Shown here in pieces: positions 29,201-38,577 of a stretch of 64,000 nt of DNA. The notes beneath the pieces are model-generated. The model saw only the letters and a list, made by a program, of their open reading frames with translations, made no database searches and had not been told where the DNA came from. The position numbers and the translations under genes were made by a program. Positions within the stretch are counted from its first letter, which is position 1, and every line of letters begins with the position of its first letter. The stretch is from assembly GCA_007121075.1 (NCBI GenBank), contig SKMK01000020.1, positions 59,647-123,646 on the forward strand, written 5' to 3'. Source of the DNA: Syntrophomonadaceae bacterium (GTDB taxonomy: Bacteria > Bacillota > Dethiobacteria > DTU022).

Positions 29201-30589
29201 TTACTGCTGGTTTTCATGGGCCCGTTCGTAAAGCCGGTTGGATATTTCCATGGCCCGGGCCTTGTCTTCAGCGTGCCCGTACATTTCAAGGACTTCAATA
29301 TTTTTTTGGTGCCATTTTTTCAGTTCATCCACCCTGGACTGGCTTAAGTTGTACTCCTCGTGAGAACCGGTAAATACTTCGGAAAGAGGGAGGATGCGGT
29401 GGCGCCAGTCACGGTGAACCCAGGTTATTTCATAATCCGCCCCGCTGATCCAGGCTTCCCCGGAGTCCTTGTTTTTAGTCAAATCAATGTCAAGCAGGGC
29501 GCCGTATTCCACGAAAGGTGAAGGGTTATGGGGATAATGCTGGTTGGACAGGAAATTCCCCAGTGAGTATATGGCCAGGGTGGCCCGTTCTTCGCCGTCC
29601 TCGTTTTCATTAAAAAACCATTCCAGGGGCTGGATATAATGGGGATGCCCACCCATAATCAGGTCGGCCCCCGCTGCCGCCATCCGGGCGGCCACATCGC
29701 GCAGGCGCTGAGGCTGCGGTTCACTGACGTACATATTGCCCCAGTGTGGAAATACAGCCACAAGGTCGGCGCCGTGTTCCCTGGCTATTTGGATGTCATC
29801 AATTACAGGAGTAATATCTTCAAAGTCCGGGGCATAATTGACGCAGTACTCATGTCCCTGGGGGACGGGGATTCCGTTCAGGCCATAAGTATAGCCGATA
29901 AAAGCGATTTCAATCCCGTCATGTTCAATGATGGTAGGTGTATCCTGTTCTTCCGGGCCCTTGTAAGCGCCGAAAGTTTCGATGCCCAGGCCTCTGACAT
30001 GAGAAAGGCTGTTCATCAGCCCTTCATAGCCCCGGTCCAAAGTATGGTTATTGGCCATAGTCAGGGCGTTAAACCCGGCCTTTTTAAGGGCTTCAGAAAA
30101 CTCCTGGGGCGCGTTAAATTCCGGAAAACCGGTATAACCGGTCACTCCCCAGGCCACTGAACGAACTTCCGGGCCGGCCTGGGATGTTTCCAGGTCTCCC
30201 ACTGTTATATCGCCTTCTCGCAGGTACGGTTCGATAATTTCAAAGCTGGGGGTAAAATCATAGTTATCTTCACCCAGGTGAGCCTGTTCAATCTGAGGTA
30301 CATGGGCGGTAATGTCACCGGCTACTACCAGGTTTACCGTACGCAGATCAGGCTCATCAGGTTCATCTTCATCTGGAGCCTCTTCAATTTCTTGTTGATC
30401 TAATTCTTCCTCTGCGAGTTCGGTTGCTTTTTCTTCGACCGTCTCGCCGGAACTGATGTTTCCTACAACCAGGTCAAACAGCTCTCCCGGCGGATAAATG
30501 CCTCCGGCCCGGGTACCGATATTAAATGACAGGGTCAGCAGGATCAGGGCCAATATGATGAAATAGATTCGGCGCAAAGTTTTACTCAC
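29201..30589 (-). CDS. capA: CapA-family protein (poly-gamma-glutamate synthesis/metallophosphatase-like), membrane anchored
   Basis: N-terminal TM anchor, an acidic linker and the PGA_cap/CapA domain (DLVVAGDITAH..., GADLIMGGHPHYIQP). Confidence 0.75.
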   Translation of the reverse strand: MSKTLRRIYFIILALILLTLSFNIGTRAGGIYPPGELFDLVVGNISSGETVEEKATELAEEELDQQEIEEAPDEDEPDEPDLRTVNLVVAGDITAHVPQIEQAHLGEDNYDFTPSFEIIEPYLREGDITVGDLETSQAGPEVRSVAWGVTGYTGFPEFNAPQEFSEALKKAGFNALTMANNHTLDRGYEGLMNSLSHVRGLGIETFGAYKGPEEQDTPTIIEHDGIEIAFIGYTYGLNGIPVPQGHEYCVNYAPDFEDITPVIDDIQIAREHGADLVAVFPHWGNMYVSEPQPQRLRDVAARMAAAGADLIMGGHPHYIQPLEWFFNENEDGEERATLAIYSLGNFLSNQHYPHNPSPFVEYGALLDIDLTKNKDSGEAWISGADYEITWVHRDWRHRILPLSEVFTGSHEEYNLSQSRVDELKKWHQKNIEVLEMYGHAEDKARAMEISNRLYERAHENQQ

Positions 30590-30666
30590 CGTCCTATAGT
30601 AAGATTGTTTTAATTATAACATAGAGTCTTTTGCGCAGGGTCATTAAGACTGTACTCCCGGAAAGA

Positions 30667-31677
30667 TCAGCGCCGGCTCAGCCACAATATGGCCCGGTAC
30701 AACCAGGGCCACTGGGCACCGTCTTCTCCTTCCGTGCTGAATTGAGGTGACTGTTCGCTGTACCCGCCGATTTCAGGATGGGGCCCCAGCAGTAAGTATT
30801 TACCGCCCCCGCTTGTTCCGGCAATAATGGCAGGTTCATTGTTTGCCCGGTACCGGGCCAGGATTGTTACCGATTCTTCTTCGTCCGGTTCGAAATAAGG
30901 GCCGTCAAAATAGTACATCTCTTTTTCCGGGGTGAAACCGTGGTTGATGGGATGGCCTTCCATAAGCTCGATGGATCCGGTTTCACCCCATCCAATCAGC
31001 CCGGACAGAGGCCCGGCTCCTTTTCCTTTAAACAGTTCCAGGGGATATTCATAGTCACTACCCTCCCAGCGGAGGATCCTGGAAGCATAATATGCCCCGG
31101 CGCAACTGCCGATAAAAAGGCCGCCGTCATTAACAAAGTCACGGATGATGCTATGATCGCTGATAAAATTTTTATACTCCGCGGCAAAGCCGCCCGGAAA
31201 CCACAGCAGGTCATATTGTTCTTCGAGCCCGGGTTTTACAGCTTCATTTTCATCGAATACCGACCACTTAAAGCCGTAGTGATCAAGAAAGTGGCCGATA
31301 ACCTCAACATTTTCGCCCCAGCTTCCCTTGCCGGCATAAAGACCAACACGAGGAAGCTCGGGATCCTCCGCAAATTCCACAATATTACATTCAGTTTTTG
31401 AGCTATTTTGATCAGGTCCCGGTTCAGGTTCGTCAGGAAGCGGCGCTGAACCGCTGTTTGCCGGCAGCTCGTCATCCTCCTGAACAGCTGATTCTTCACT
31501 GTTATCCGCCACCGTGCCCGCTTGATTGTTGTCACCTGGATCTTCGCCTGTACAGGAAGTAAAAAGCAGGGAGGAGGTGATGAAAATAAAAAGGGCCGCA
31601 ACCAGGAAGATTATTCTATAAGCTCCGCAGTGTGAGCGGCAGGCAGAGCTGTTTTGTTTAATATGTAAGCCTATCAA
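30667..31677 (-). CDS. lipoprotein with class-I glutamine-amidotransferase-like (peptidase C26 / BPL_N-like) domain
   Basis: Signal peptide plus a lipobox-like LFTSC. A low-complexity linker. The C-terminal domain has a Cys nucleophile elbow (FIGSCAGAYYAS). Confidence 0.5.
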   Translation of the reverse strand: MIGLHIKQNSSACRSHCGAYRIIFLVAALFIFITSSLLFTSCTGEDPGDNNQAGTVADNSEESAVQEDDELPANSGSAPLPDEPEPGPDQNSSKTECNIVEFAEDPELPRVGLYAGKGSWGENVEVIGHFLDHYGFKWSVFDENEAVKPGLEEQYDLLWFPGGFAAEYKNFISDHSIIRDFVNDGGLFIGSCAGAYYASRILRWEGSDYEYPLELFKGKGAGPLSGLIGWGETGSIELMEGHPINHGFTPEKEMYYFDGPYFEPDEEESVTILARYRANNEPAIIAGTSGGGKYLLLGPHPEIGGYSEQSPQFSTEGEDGAQWPWLYRAILWLSRR

Positions 31678-31980
31678 TAAATAACCTCCGCGGTAAAAGC
31701 AGTAACAAGCAAAAATATTTATTAAATGATATTATAGCTGTTAAATGTAATTATATCAATCATAGAGCGAAATTGTTGTAGAAAAAATTCTTTGCAGCGC
31801 TGTCATGCTGGTTTAGTAGCAGACCTAACATACAAGGGTGTTATAAGGTAAAGGCGGCGTTATAATGCAAAGGCTCCCCCCTATTAGTTTACATAAGATA
31901 CATTATCGGAAGTTAATTCATGTTAGCTAAAGGACCAAAAAGAAGCACCTGCCCCTCTCCCCTGCCCTAAGGCCTGACCC

Positions 31981-33072
31981 TTACACATTTCTTCTCCAGT
32001 GTTCAAGAATAGAAGCAAACGTAGCGCCGCACTGAGGGCAGTCTCCATGGTGCCTGAGAATATAAGTGCAGCGACTGCACTTCAAAGCCGGGATTGGTTT
32101 CCCGCGGTCGGTGTCTTCAGCGCCTGTACCCGGCAAATGTTGCTGTTCCGGGAAAGGGCCGCTTTCCGGATCTCCTTTTTCCGGCCCCTTGCCTGCAGCT
32201 CCCTCCCTGCCGCTTAAATCATCTGGACCGGTGGATCCGCTTGAAGCGGGCCCATTATTAACTGTTTTTTCAGGTTCATTAACCGGATTTTGGCTCTTTT
32301 CTACCATATTATTCCTGTCATTTTCATTTCCTAAATAGTCTATAAGCTCGGCCTCCCCCCTTCTTTCCTCCTCTCTTCCATTTTCCCGGGGGCTTATTTC
32401 AGCGGAATGATCCCCCTGATTTTTATCATGGTTTTCCTCTCCAAAATTTTGTTTAACAGCTCCGGCAGGGGCTGCGGCCGGAATACCGCTTCTCCTGTAG
32501 CCCAGGATATCGTAATAAGTCATGCTGTGCTCTTCGAACAGGTGCTTGAGATAGGCCTGGGTTGTCGATGCGTCTCTGTGGCCCAGGGCGTTTTGAGCCA
32601 GGCGGATATCGTTCGTTTCTTTGATGATGTTGACGGCAAAGGTGCTGCGCAAAAGGTGTGGATGGACGTCCTTGTTTATGCCGGCCTTACGGGCCGTTCG
32701 CTTAACCATTTCCCGCAGGTAGCGGTCTTTAAGGCGCCCCCCTTTAAGGGTGCTAAAAAAATAGCTGCTTCCGGGCAATTGGACCAGGTGCCATTTTTCG
32801 AGAAGGGCAAGGAGCTCATCATCAAGCCACAAAGTACGCTCCCTGGCTGCCCCGCTTTCTGCGACATGGATTGTGCTTTCATTCCAGTTGATATCATTAG
32901 CTCTGAGATCCAGGACTTCCCCGGCGCGCAGTCCCGCCCTGAGCATAAGCATCAGCATACAGAGATTGCGCAGGCCGGTAGGCGCTTTTGGATTGGGAAT
33001 CCTCAACAATGCTGCCTGCTCACTGCTGCTTAAGACTGCTGTTTTTTCCCGGGATGGGTTCATAGTATTCAC
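31981..33072 (-). CDS. tyrosine-type site-specific recombinase catalytic domain fused to a disordered linker and C-terminal zinc ribbon
   Basis: Complete R-HxxR-H-Y catalytic signature (GLRAGE; HPHLLRSTFA; LGHRDASTTQAYLKH). No N-terminal core-binding domain. About 140 aa of G/E/N/P-rich low complexity follows, then CSRCTYILRHHGDCPQCG. Confidence 0.7.
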   Translation of the reverse strand: MNTMNPSREKTAVLSSSEQAALLRIPNPKAPTGLRNLCMLMLMLRAGLRAGEVLDLRANDINWNESTIHVAESGAARERTLWLDDELLALLEKWHLVQLPGSSYFFSTLKGGRLKDRYLREMVKRTARKAGINKDVHPHLLRSTFAVNIIKETNDIRLAQNALGHRDASTTQAYLKHLFEEHSMTYYDILGYRRSGIPAAAPAGAVKQNFGEENHDKNQGDHSAEISPRENGREEERRGEAELIDYLGNENDRNNMVEKSQNPVNEPEKTVNNGPASSGSTGPDDLSGREGAAGKGPEKGDPESGPFPEQQHLPGTGAEDTDRGKPIPALKCSRCTYILRHHGDCPQCGATFASILEHWRRNV

Positions 33073-33341
33073 CGCTTATTTAGTACCTTTAAAATAGAAT
33101 ATGGTATTAATGATGATCTAATTAATTACGGAATTATATCTATATTCTGATCTATTATGGCCTGGTTGTCAAGAAAAAACGGTACTTTATTCAAAAAGCC
33201 AGGATCAACCTTTTAATCTATGTCACTCTTACCCTTTTCCTGGCTCAAGCAGCGGTCCTAACAATACCTGACTTTAAACAAAAACAAAAAGCGCATTGAA
33301 GCGCTTTATGGGTGCTCAAGAAAAAACTAGCAAAAATTTGC

Positions 33342-33370
33342 TTGACAGTAGACTTTTTTTTAGGTAATCT
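33342..33370 (+). promoter_or_regulatory. promoter of the leuA T-box leader (TTGACA-17-TAATCT)
   Basis: Consensus -35 at 33342-33347 and a plausible -10 17 nt downstream. Confidence 0.45.
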
Positions 33371-33374
33371 TACA

Positions 33375-33632
33375 ATAATTGATCAGGCAAAAGGCTGTGA
33401 TCGGAAGCAGTAACAGGGGAAGCCATCTGCAGAGAGCCGCCGGCTGGTGTAAGGCGGTATGACGGATCCTGTGAACTCATCCGTGAGCCGCCAACCGAAA
33501 TTGGCATAACAGCTAAAAGTAGGATTGGCCGGAAACTTCCGTTATCTTAAAGAGTGGGCGGTAGATGTCGTGCCGCCAAGAAGAGTGGTACCGCGAAATT
33601 AACTTTCGTCTCTCAGGCGAAAGTTTTTTTAT
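33375..33632 (+). ncRNA. T-box riboswitch leader (Leu specifier) controlling leuA
   Basis: Conserved T-box sequence AAGAGTGGTACCGCG at 33581-33596. It is followed by terminator CTTTCG-tctctcagg-CGAAAG plus TTTTTTT (33603-33630). The Stem-I region contains GAACUCA (CUC Leu codon at 33476-33478). Confidence 0.8.
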
Positions 33633-33665
33633 TATTAAACGGATAACTTAAACACACTGGAGGAG

Positions 33666-35225
33666 ATGGCAATGAATAATCAAGTGGATGTAAACAAATC
33701 TGCCGGGGCTGAAAAGATATACCTGTTCGACAGCACCCTGCGTGACGGGGAACAAACTCCCGGCGCCCGTCTTAACCACGATGAAAAAGTTGAAGTAGCC
33801 CGCCAGCTGGCCCGCCTTAATGTGGACATAATTGAAGCGGGCTTCCCGGTTTCCTCGCCTGGTGAAATGAAGGCAGTGAAAGAAATCTCCAGGCAGGTTA
33901 AGGGACCGGCTATCTGCGGCCTCGCCAGGGCGGTCAAAGAAGATATTGACGCAGCCTGGGAAGCAATCAGAGAAGCGGAACAACCCCGCCTCCATATTTT
34001 TTTAGGTGCTTCCGCCATCCACATGCAGCATAAATTTAACAAGAAGCCGGCCCAGATTTTGGAGCAGGCCGTTGATGCTGTAAAATATGCCCGCAGATTT
34101 ACCGATAATCTTGAGTATTCCCCGGAAGACGCCAGCCGGGCTGACGAGGAATATCTCTACCGGATGATCGAAGCCGTTATCGACGCCGGGGCCACGGTAA
34201 TTAATATTCCCGATACGGTCGGGTATGCCGTACCGGAAGAGTTTGGAGGGCTAATCCGCCGGATCAGGGAAAACGTGAGTAACATAGACCGGGCCATGAT
34301 CAGTGTGCACTGCCACAATGACCTGGGGCTTGCTGTGGCCAACTCACTGGAAGCGGTTAAAAACGGGGCCCGCCAGGTGGAATGTAATATAAACGGTATT
34401 GGGGAAAGGGCCGGTAACGCCGCCCTGGAAGAGATAGCAGTAGCTTTGCGAATCCGGCAAAATCATTTTCCCTATTATTCCGATCTTAATTTTTCTGAGA
34501 TCTACCGGACCAGCCGCCTGGTCAGCAAGCTGACCAGTATCTCCATCCCGGTCAATAAGGCCGTGGTCGGCCTGAATTCGTTTTCCCATTCGTCCGGTAT
34601 CCACCAGGACGGAGTCTTAAAGCACAAGGAAACATATGAAATAATCGATGCTGAACTAATCGGGGGTAGCGCCGCCAGGATGCTGCTGACCGCCCGCTCC
34701 GGCAGGCACGCCGTGCTCGACCAGTTGAATAAACTCGGGTTTACTTTAACCAAAGAACAGCTGGATGTGATCTATAAACATTTTGTCGATCTTGCCGATA
34801 AAAAGAAAGAAGTCTATCCGGAAGATCTGGAAGCCCTGGTCCTTGATCATATTTCCGCTACCGAGCCGCGCTACAGGCTTGATTACCTGCAGACAGTCAG
34901 CGGCAGTAAGAGCATCCCGGCGGCTGTCATCCGCCTCATGAAAGAAGACGGGAACACCATCGAAGAAGTCGCCGTTGGGGCCGGCCCTATCGATGCCGCC
35001 TACAATGCCATTAACAAGATCACGGGCCTGAATGTCGGACTGGAAAAGTACAGGATCAATGCCGTAACCCAGGGCCGCGATGCGCTCGGCGAAGTCCAGG
35101 TCAATCTTTCTTACCAGGACCGGAGCATTACCGGCCGGGGAACAAGCACGGATATTATCGAAGCCAGCGTCAAGGCCTATTTAAACGGGCTCAATAAACT
35201 GCTGAAAATTAATGGAGCCGGGTAA
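33666..35225 (+). CDS. leuA: 2-isopropylmalate synthase
   Basis: LFDSTLRDGEQ motif in the DRE-TIM barrel (HxH...) and the LeuA dimerisation C-domain. RBS GGAGGAG. Confidence 0.9.
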   Translation: MAMNNQVDVNKSAGAEKIYLFDSTLRDGEQTPGARLNHDEKVEVARQLARLNVDIIEAGFPVSSPGEMKAVKEISRQVKGPAICGLARAVKEDIDAAWEAIREAEQPRLHIFLGASAIHMQHKFNKKPAQILEQAVDAVKYARRFTDNLEYSPEDASRADEEYLYRMIEAVIDAGATVINIPDTVGYAVPEEFGGLIRRIRENVSNIDRAMISVHCHNDLGLAVANSLEAVKNGARQVECNINGIGERAGNAALEEIAVALRIRQNHFPYYSDLNFSEIYRTSRLVSKLTSISIPVNKAVVGLNSFSHSSGIHQDGVLKHKETYEIIDAELIGGSAARMLLTARSGRHAVLDQLNKLGFTLTKEQLDVIYKHFVDLADKKKEVYPEDLEALVLDHISATEPRYRLDYLQTVSGSKSIPAAVIRLMKEDGNTIEEVAVGAGPIDAAYNAINKITGLNVGLEKYRINAVTQGRDALGEVQVNLSYQDRSITGRGTSTDIIEASVKAYLNGLNKLLKINGAG

Positions 35226-35250
35226 AAATACGGGATTTAAACTGAAAAGC

Positions 35251-35275
35251 AGACAAACAATCGTTTGTTTTATCA
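35251..35275 (+). promoter_or_regulatory. palindrome ACAAAC-aatc-GTTTGT: leuA terminator hairpin and/or operator overlapping the lexA -35
   Basis: 6-bp-arm inverted repeat followed by TTTTAT. It overlaps TTGTTT (35264-35269), which sits 17 nt upstream of TATAAT (35287-35292). Confidence 0.4.
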
Positions 35276-35326
35276 GACAAATGGTGCTATAATCTAAAAT
35301 ATACTCCTCTTTGAAAGGGTGATTCT

Positions 35327-35947
35327 TTGGAACCGTTAACGGAGAAGCAAAAGCGGGTCATGGAGTTTATTGAACAGGAAGTCAGGCGTTGGAACTATCC
35401 TCCCTCTGTGCGTGAAATATGCAAAGCCCTCAATATAAGCTCAACTGCAACTGTACACGGGCACCTGGATACCCTTGAAAGTAAGGGTTACATTTCCAGG
35501 ATGGCAACCAAACCAAGAGCGATCAAATTGATTAAAAGCGCTGATGGTGAAGTTATAGCGGACCCGGAAGAAAGTTGTATTTTTGCTCCTCTTGTTGGAA
35601 GAATCACCGCCGGCCAGCCGATCCTTGCCGAGGAGAACAAGGAAGGCGTTTTTCCTATTCCTTCAGCTATATCAAATGATGAGAATTGCTTTGTCCTCCG
35701 GGTGGCTGGAGAAAGTATGATTGGGGCCGGGATCAACGACGGCGATTATGTGGTTATAAGGCAGCAGAACAGTGCCGAAAACGGGGAAATAGTAGCCGTT
35801 CTGCTTGGAGATGAAGCAACGGTCAAACGCTTTTATGTAGAAAAAGACGGTTACCGGCTGCAGCCTGAAAACGATGCTTTTGAGCCCATTATAACCCGGG
35901 AGATCGAAATTCTGGGCAGGGTAGTCGGTTTATTCCGCCGGGTTTAG
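35327..35947 (+). CDS. lexA: LexA repressor
   Basis: N-terminal wHTH, an Ala-Gly cleavage site and an S24 peptidase Ser/Lys dyad (GESM...VKR). TTG start. Confidence 0.9.
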   Translation: MEPLTEKQKRVMEFIEQEVRRWNYPPSVREICKALNISSTATVHGHLDTLESKGYISRMATKPRAIKLIKSADGEVIADPEESCIFAPLVGRITAGQPILAEENKEGVFPIPSAISNDENCFVLRVAGESMIGAGINDGDYVVIRQQNSAENGEIVAVLLGDEATVKRFYVEKDGYRLQPENDAFEPIITREIEILGRVVGLFRRV

Positions 35948-35965
35948 GGTTTTTGAAAAAAGCAT

Positions 35966-37147
35966 TTACGAAGCGATATAGGGGTCTAATTTTTTGGCCA
36001 GTTCGGGATCAACTGCGGCTATTATCTCCAGGTGATCCGGCCTGGAAATTACACTCTGTACATCTCCGTACTGCTGAAGCTCAGAATAAAGCTTCCCTTC
36101 ACTATAAGGCAGGTAAAGTTTCAGGTTGCATCGCTGGTTATTAAGAAAATCAGCGATATTTTCTTTTAAACCGCCGATTCCCTCTCCAGTCAGGGCAGAA
36201 ATAAAAGAGGCCGAGGAAAATTCCCTCCTTAAAAATGCTTTTTCAGAAATGTCGTCGACCAGATCGATCTTATTGAAAACCAGTATTTCATGCTTGTAAT
36301 ATTCCGGATCAATGGCAGCCAGGTGGCTGCGGACAATTTCAATCTGACGAAGGTATTCCGGGTGGCTTAAATCCACTATATGCAGGAGCACGTCGGCGGC
36401 AAGCAGTTCCTCCAGCGTGGCCTGAAAAGCGGCAATCAGCTGCTTGGGCAATTTTTCTATGAAACCGACCGTGTCGGTAAAAAGGACTTCTTTACCACCA
36501 TTAAGGTTTCCACGCCGCACAGTGGGATCAAGGGTGGCAAACAGCTTGTCTTCAGTATAAAGATTGGCTCCGGTCAAGGCATTGAGCAGAGTTGATTTCC
36601 CGGCATTGGTGTAGCCGACCAGGCTGACAATATTTTGCCGGTTGCGCTTCCTGCGCTGCCGGTGCAGGGCCCGGTGTTTGCGCAGGGAGCTGATTTCTTT
36701 TTTCAGGTCATTGATCCGCTTTCGGATCACGCGCCTGTCTACTTCGAGCTGGGTTTCTCCGGGACCTCTGGTTCCGATCCCACCGCCGAGCCGCGAAAGC
36801 TGGTTGCCCAGGCCAATCAAGCGGGGTAACAAATACTGCATTTGGGCCAGTTCAACCTGTAATTTGCCTTCTTTTGAGAGGGCCCGGCGGGCGAATATGT
36901 CAAGGATCAGGTTGGTCCTGTCAATTACCTTGGCCTCAACAAGTTGATCAAGGTTCCTGATCTGTGACGGCGAAAGTTCGTCGTTAAAAACAACCATCTC
37001 AGCGCTGTGCCTGTCTACAAGAGCGGACAGCTCCTCTGTCTTTCCTTTTCCAATATAGTTAGCGGGATCCGGAGCTTCCCTTTTTTGGACCAGCCGTTCC
37101 AATATTTCCGCCCCTGCTGTTTCAGCCAGCAGGGCCAGCTCTTCCAT
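35966..37147 (-). CDS. hflX: GTPase HflX
   Basis: HflX N-domain and a G-domain (GYTNAGKST, DTVGF, NKID). Confidence 0.9.
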   Translation of the reverse strand: MEELALLAETAGAEILERLVQKREAPDPANYIGKGKTEELSALVDRHSAEMVVFNDELSPSQIRNLDQLVEAKVIDRTNLILDIFARRALSKEGKLQVELAQMQYLLPRLIGLGNQLSRLGGGIGTRGPGETQLEVDRRVIRKRINDLKKEISSLRKHRALHRQRRKRNRQNIVSLVGYTNAGKSTLLNALTGANLYTEDKLFATLDPTVRRGNLNGGKEVLFTDTVGFIEKLPKQLIAAFQATLEELLAADVLLHIVDLSHPEYLRQIEIVRSHLAAIDPEYYKHEILVFNKIDLVDDISEKAFLRREFSSASFISALTGEGIGGLKENIADFLNNQRCNLKLYLPYSEGKLYSELQQYGDVQSVISRPDHLEIIAAVDPELAKKLDPYIAS

Positions 37148-37242
37148 GGAACGATCGATATCTTCACCGGGTTGGTTAAGGTCCAGTCCGACCAGGATTG
37201 CTTTTTCTTTTTGATTCAGATTTTCACACCTCTTATAAGTGG

Positions 37243-37527
37243 TTATTCGGAAGCGCCCGGATCCACTTCAGGCGTCCCTTCTTCCTTTTCCTCTCCCTCG
37301 GCCTCTTCCTGCCTCAGGTTAATATTTCGCATGGGAATAATAGTGGAGACGGCATGTTTATAGACCAGTTGCTGCTTGCCGTCTACTTCAAGGAGCAGAG
37401 TAAAGCTGTCGAAGCTGCGAACAACCCCCTTGATCTGGTAGCCATTGATTAAAAAGACCGTGCTCAGCATGTTTTCCTTACGAATTTGGTTCAAAAAAGT
37501 GTCCTGCAAGTTGATTGCGCCTTTCAT
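37243..37527 (-). CDS. hfq: RNA chaperone Hfq
   Basis: Sm1/Sm2 motifs ([23 protein letters not shown]; YKHAVSTI) and an acidic C-terminal tail. Confidence 0.9.
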   Translation of the reverse strand: MKGAINLQDTFLNQIRKENMLSTVFLINGYQIKGVVRSFDSFTLLLEVDGKQQLVYKHAVSTIIPMRNINLRQEEAEGEEKEEGTPEVDPGASE

Positions 37528-37569
37528 AGATTGGGCTCCCTTCTATTCTTTATCTATTTTTCAAACTCT

Positions 37570-38574
37570 TTAGTAGATATTCGCCCGGTCCGGTGCCAAA
37601 TCCTTCACTTTAAAGCAAATATTTTCTGTTAAATGATCAATTGAAGTTTGATCGGTTATTTTTAACCATTCTATGTCTTTATTGCGGCGAAACCAGGTTA
37701 ACTGGCGCTTGGCCAGGTTGCGAGTTTGTTTTTTTATTTCTTTTACCATATATTCCCATTCGATCCGGCCCAGCAAATAATCAAGCAGCTGCCGGTAACC
37801 GAGGACCTGCATCCCCGGGTCGGTGTCCCGGTAACCCTGTTCAAAAAGGCGGCGGGTTTCCTCGAGCCATCCTGCGGCGAGCATTAAATCAACCCTTTTT
37901 TCAATTCTTTCATATAATGCTCCCCGATCCATGTAAAGCCCAAGGATTAAGGTCCGGTAGGTTGATTCTCCTCTCTCTCCTCTTGCCGTTTTGGTTACCT
38001 GTTCTGATATCGGGCGACCCTCCAGCTCATAGACTTCCAGGGCCCTGATAATGCGCCGCCGGTCATTGGGATGGATCCTCGAGGCTGCTTCCGGGTCAAT
38101 CCCTTTAAGCTTATAGTAAAGCTTATCGAGGCCTTCTTTTGAAGCAAGCTGCTCATACCGATCCCGGATTTCGCGGTTTGCCCCTTTTGGGCCGAAGGCA
38201 TAGCCCTCAATTACGGCGTTGATATAAAGGCCGGTTCCTCCAACCAGGAAAGGTAGCTTGCCTCCCCCCCATAGTTTTTCAATAACTTTGACCGCTTCTT
38301 TTTGGTAATCGGCCACGCTGAAATCACGGTTGGGTTCAACCAGGTCAATCAGGTGATGGGGTGCGTCATTTTTTTCTGCTTCAGAAGGTTTTGCGGTCCC
38401 TATATCCAAAAAACGGTAGACCTGGGCCGAATCGGCGCTGATGATTTCGGTTTGCAGCTTTTTGGCAACACTCACCGCCAGGGCGGTTTTACCGACAGCG
38501 GTCGGACCGACCAGGACCAGCAGGGGGATATTACGGTTTTTGCTCTCCTGATCACCGGCCTTATTAACAGGCAT
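37570..38574 (-). CDS. miaA: tRNA dimethylallyltransferase
   Basis: P-loop GPTAVGKT and the MiaA fold. Confidence 0.9.
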   Translation of the reverse strand: MPVNKAGDQESKNRNIPLLVLVGPTAVGKTALAVSVAKKLQTEIISADSAQVYRFLDIGTAKPSEAEKNDAPHHLIDLVEPNRDFSVADYQKEAVKVIEKLWGGGKLPFLVGGTGLYINAVIEGYAFGPKGANREIRDRYEQLASKEGLDKLYYKLKGIDPEAASRIHPNDRRRIIRALEVYELEGRPISEQVTKTARGERGESTYRTLILGLYMDRGALYERIEKRVDLMLAAGWLEETRRLFEQGYRDTDPGMQVLGYRQLLDYLLGRIEWEYMVKEIKKQTRNLAKRQLTWFRRNKDIEWLKITDQTSIDHLTENICFKVKDLAPDRANIY

Positions 38575-38577
38575 GGA

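Noticed and set aside
27888-33072. Integrated prophage or ICE between tRNA-Gln and the recombinase gene
   Set aside because: The intervening genes (GT4, capA, lipoprotein) have host-like composition and no phage, conjugation or transposition functions. The recombinase is on the 5' side of the tRNA, 4 kb away, not adjacent to its 3' end. There are no att-like direct repeats of the tRNA 3' end.
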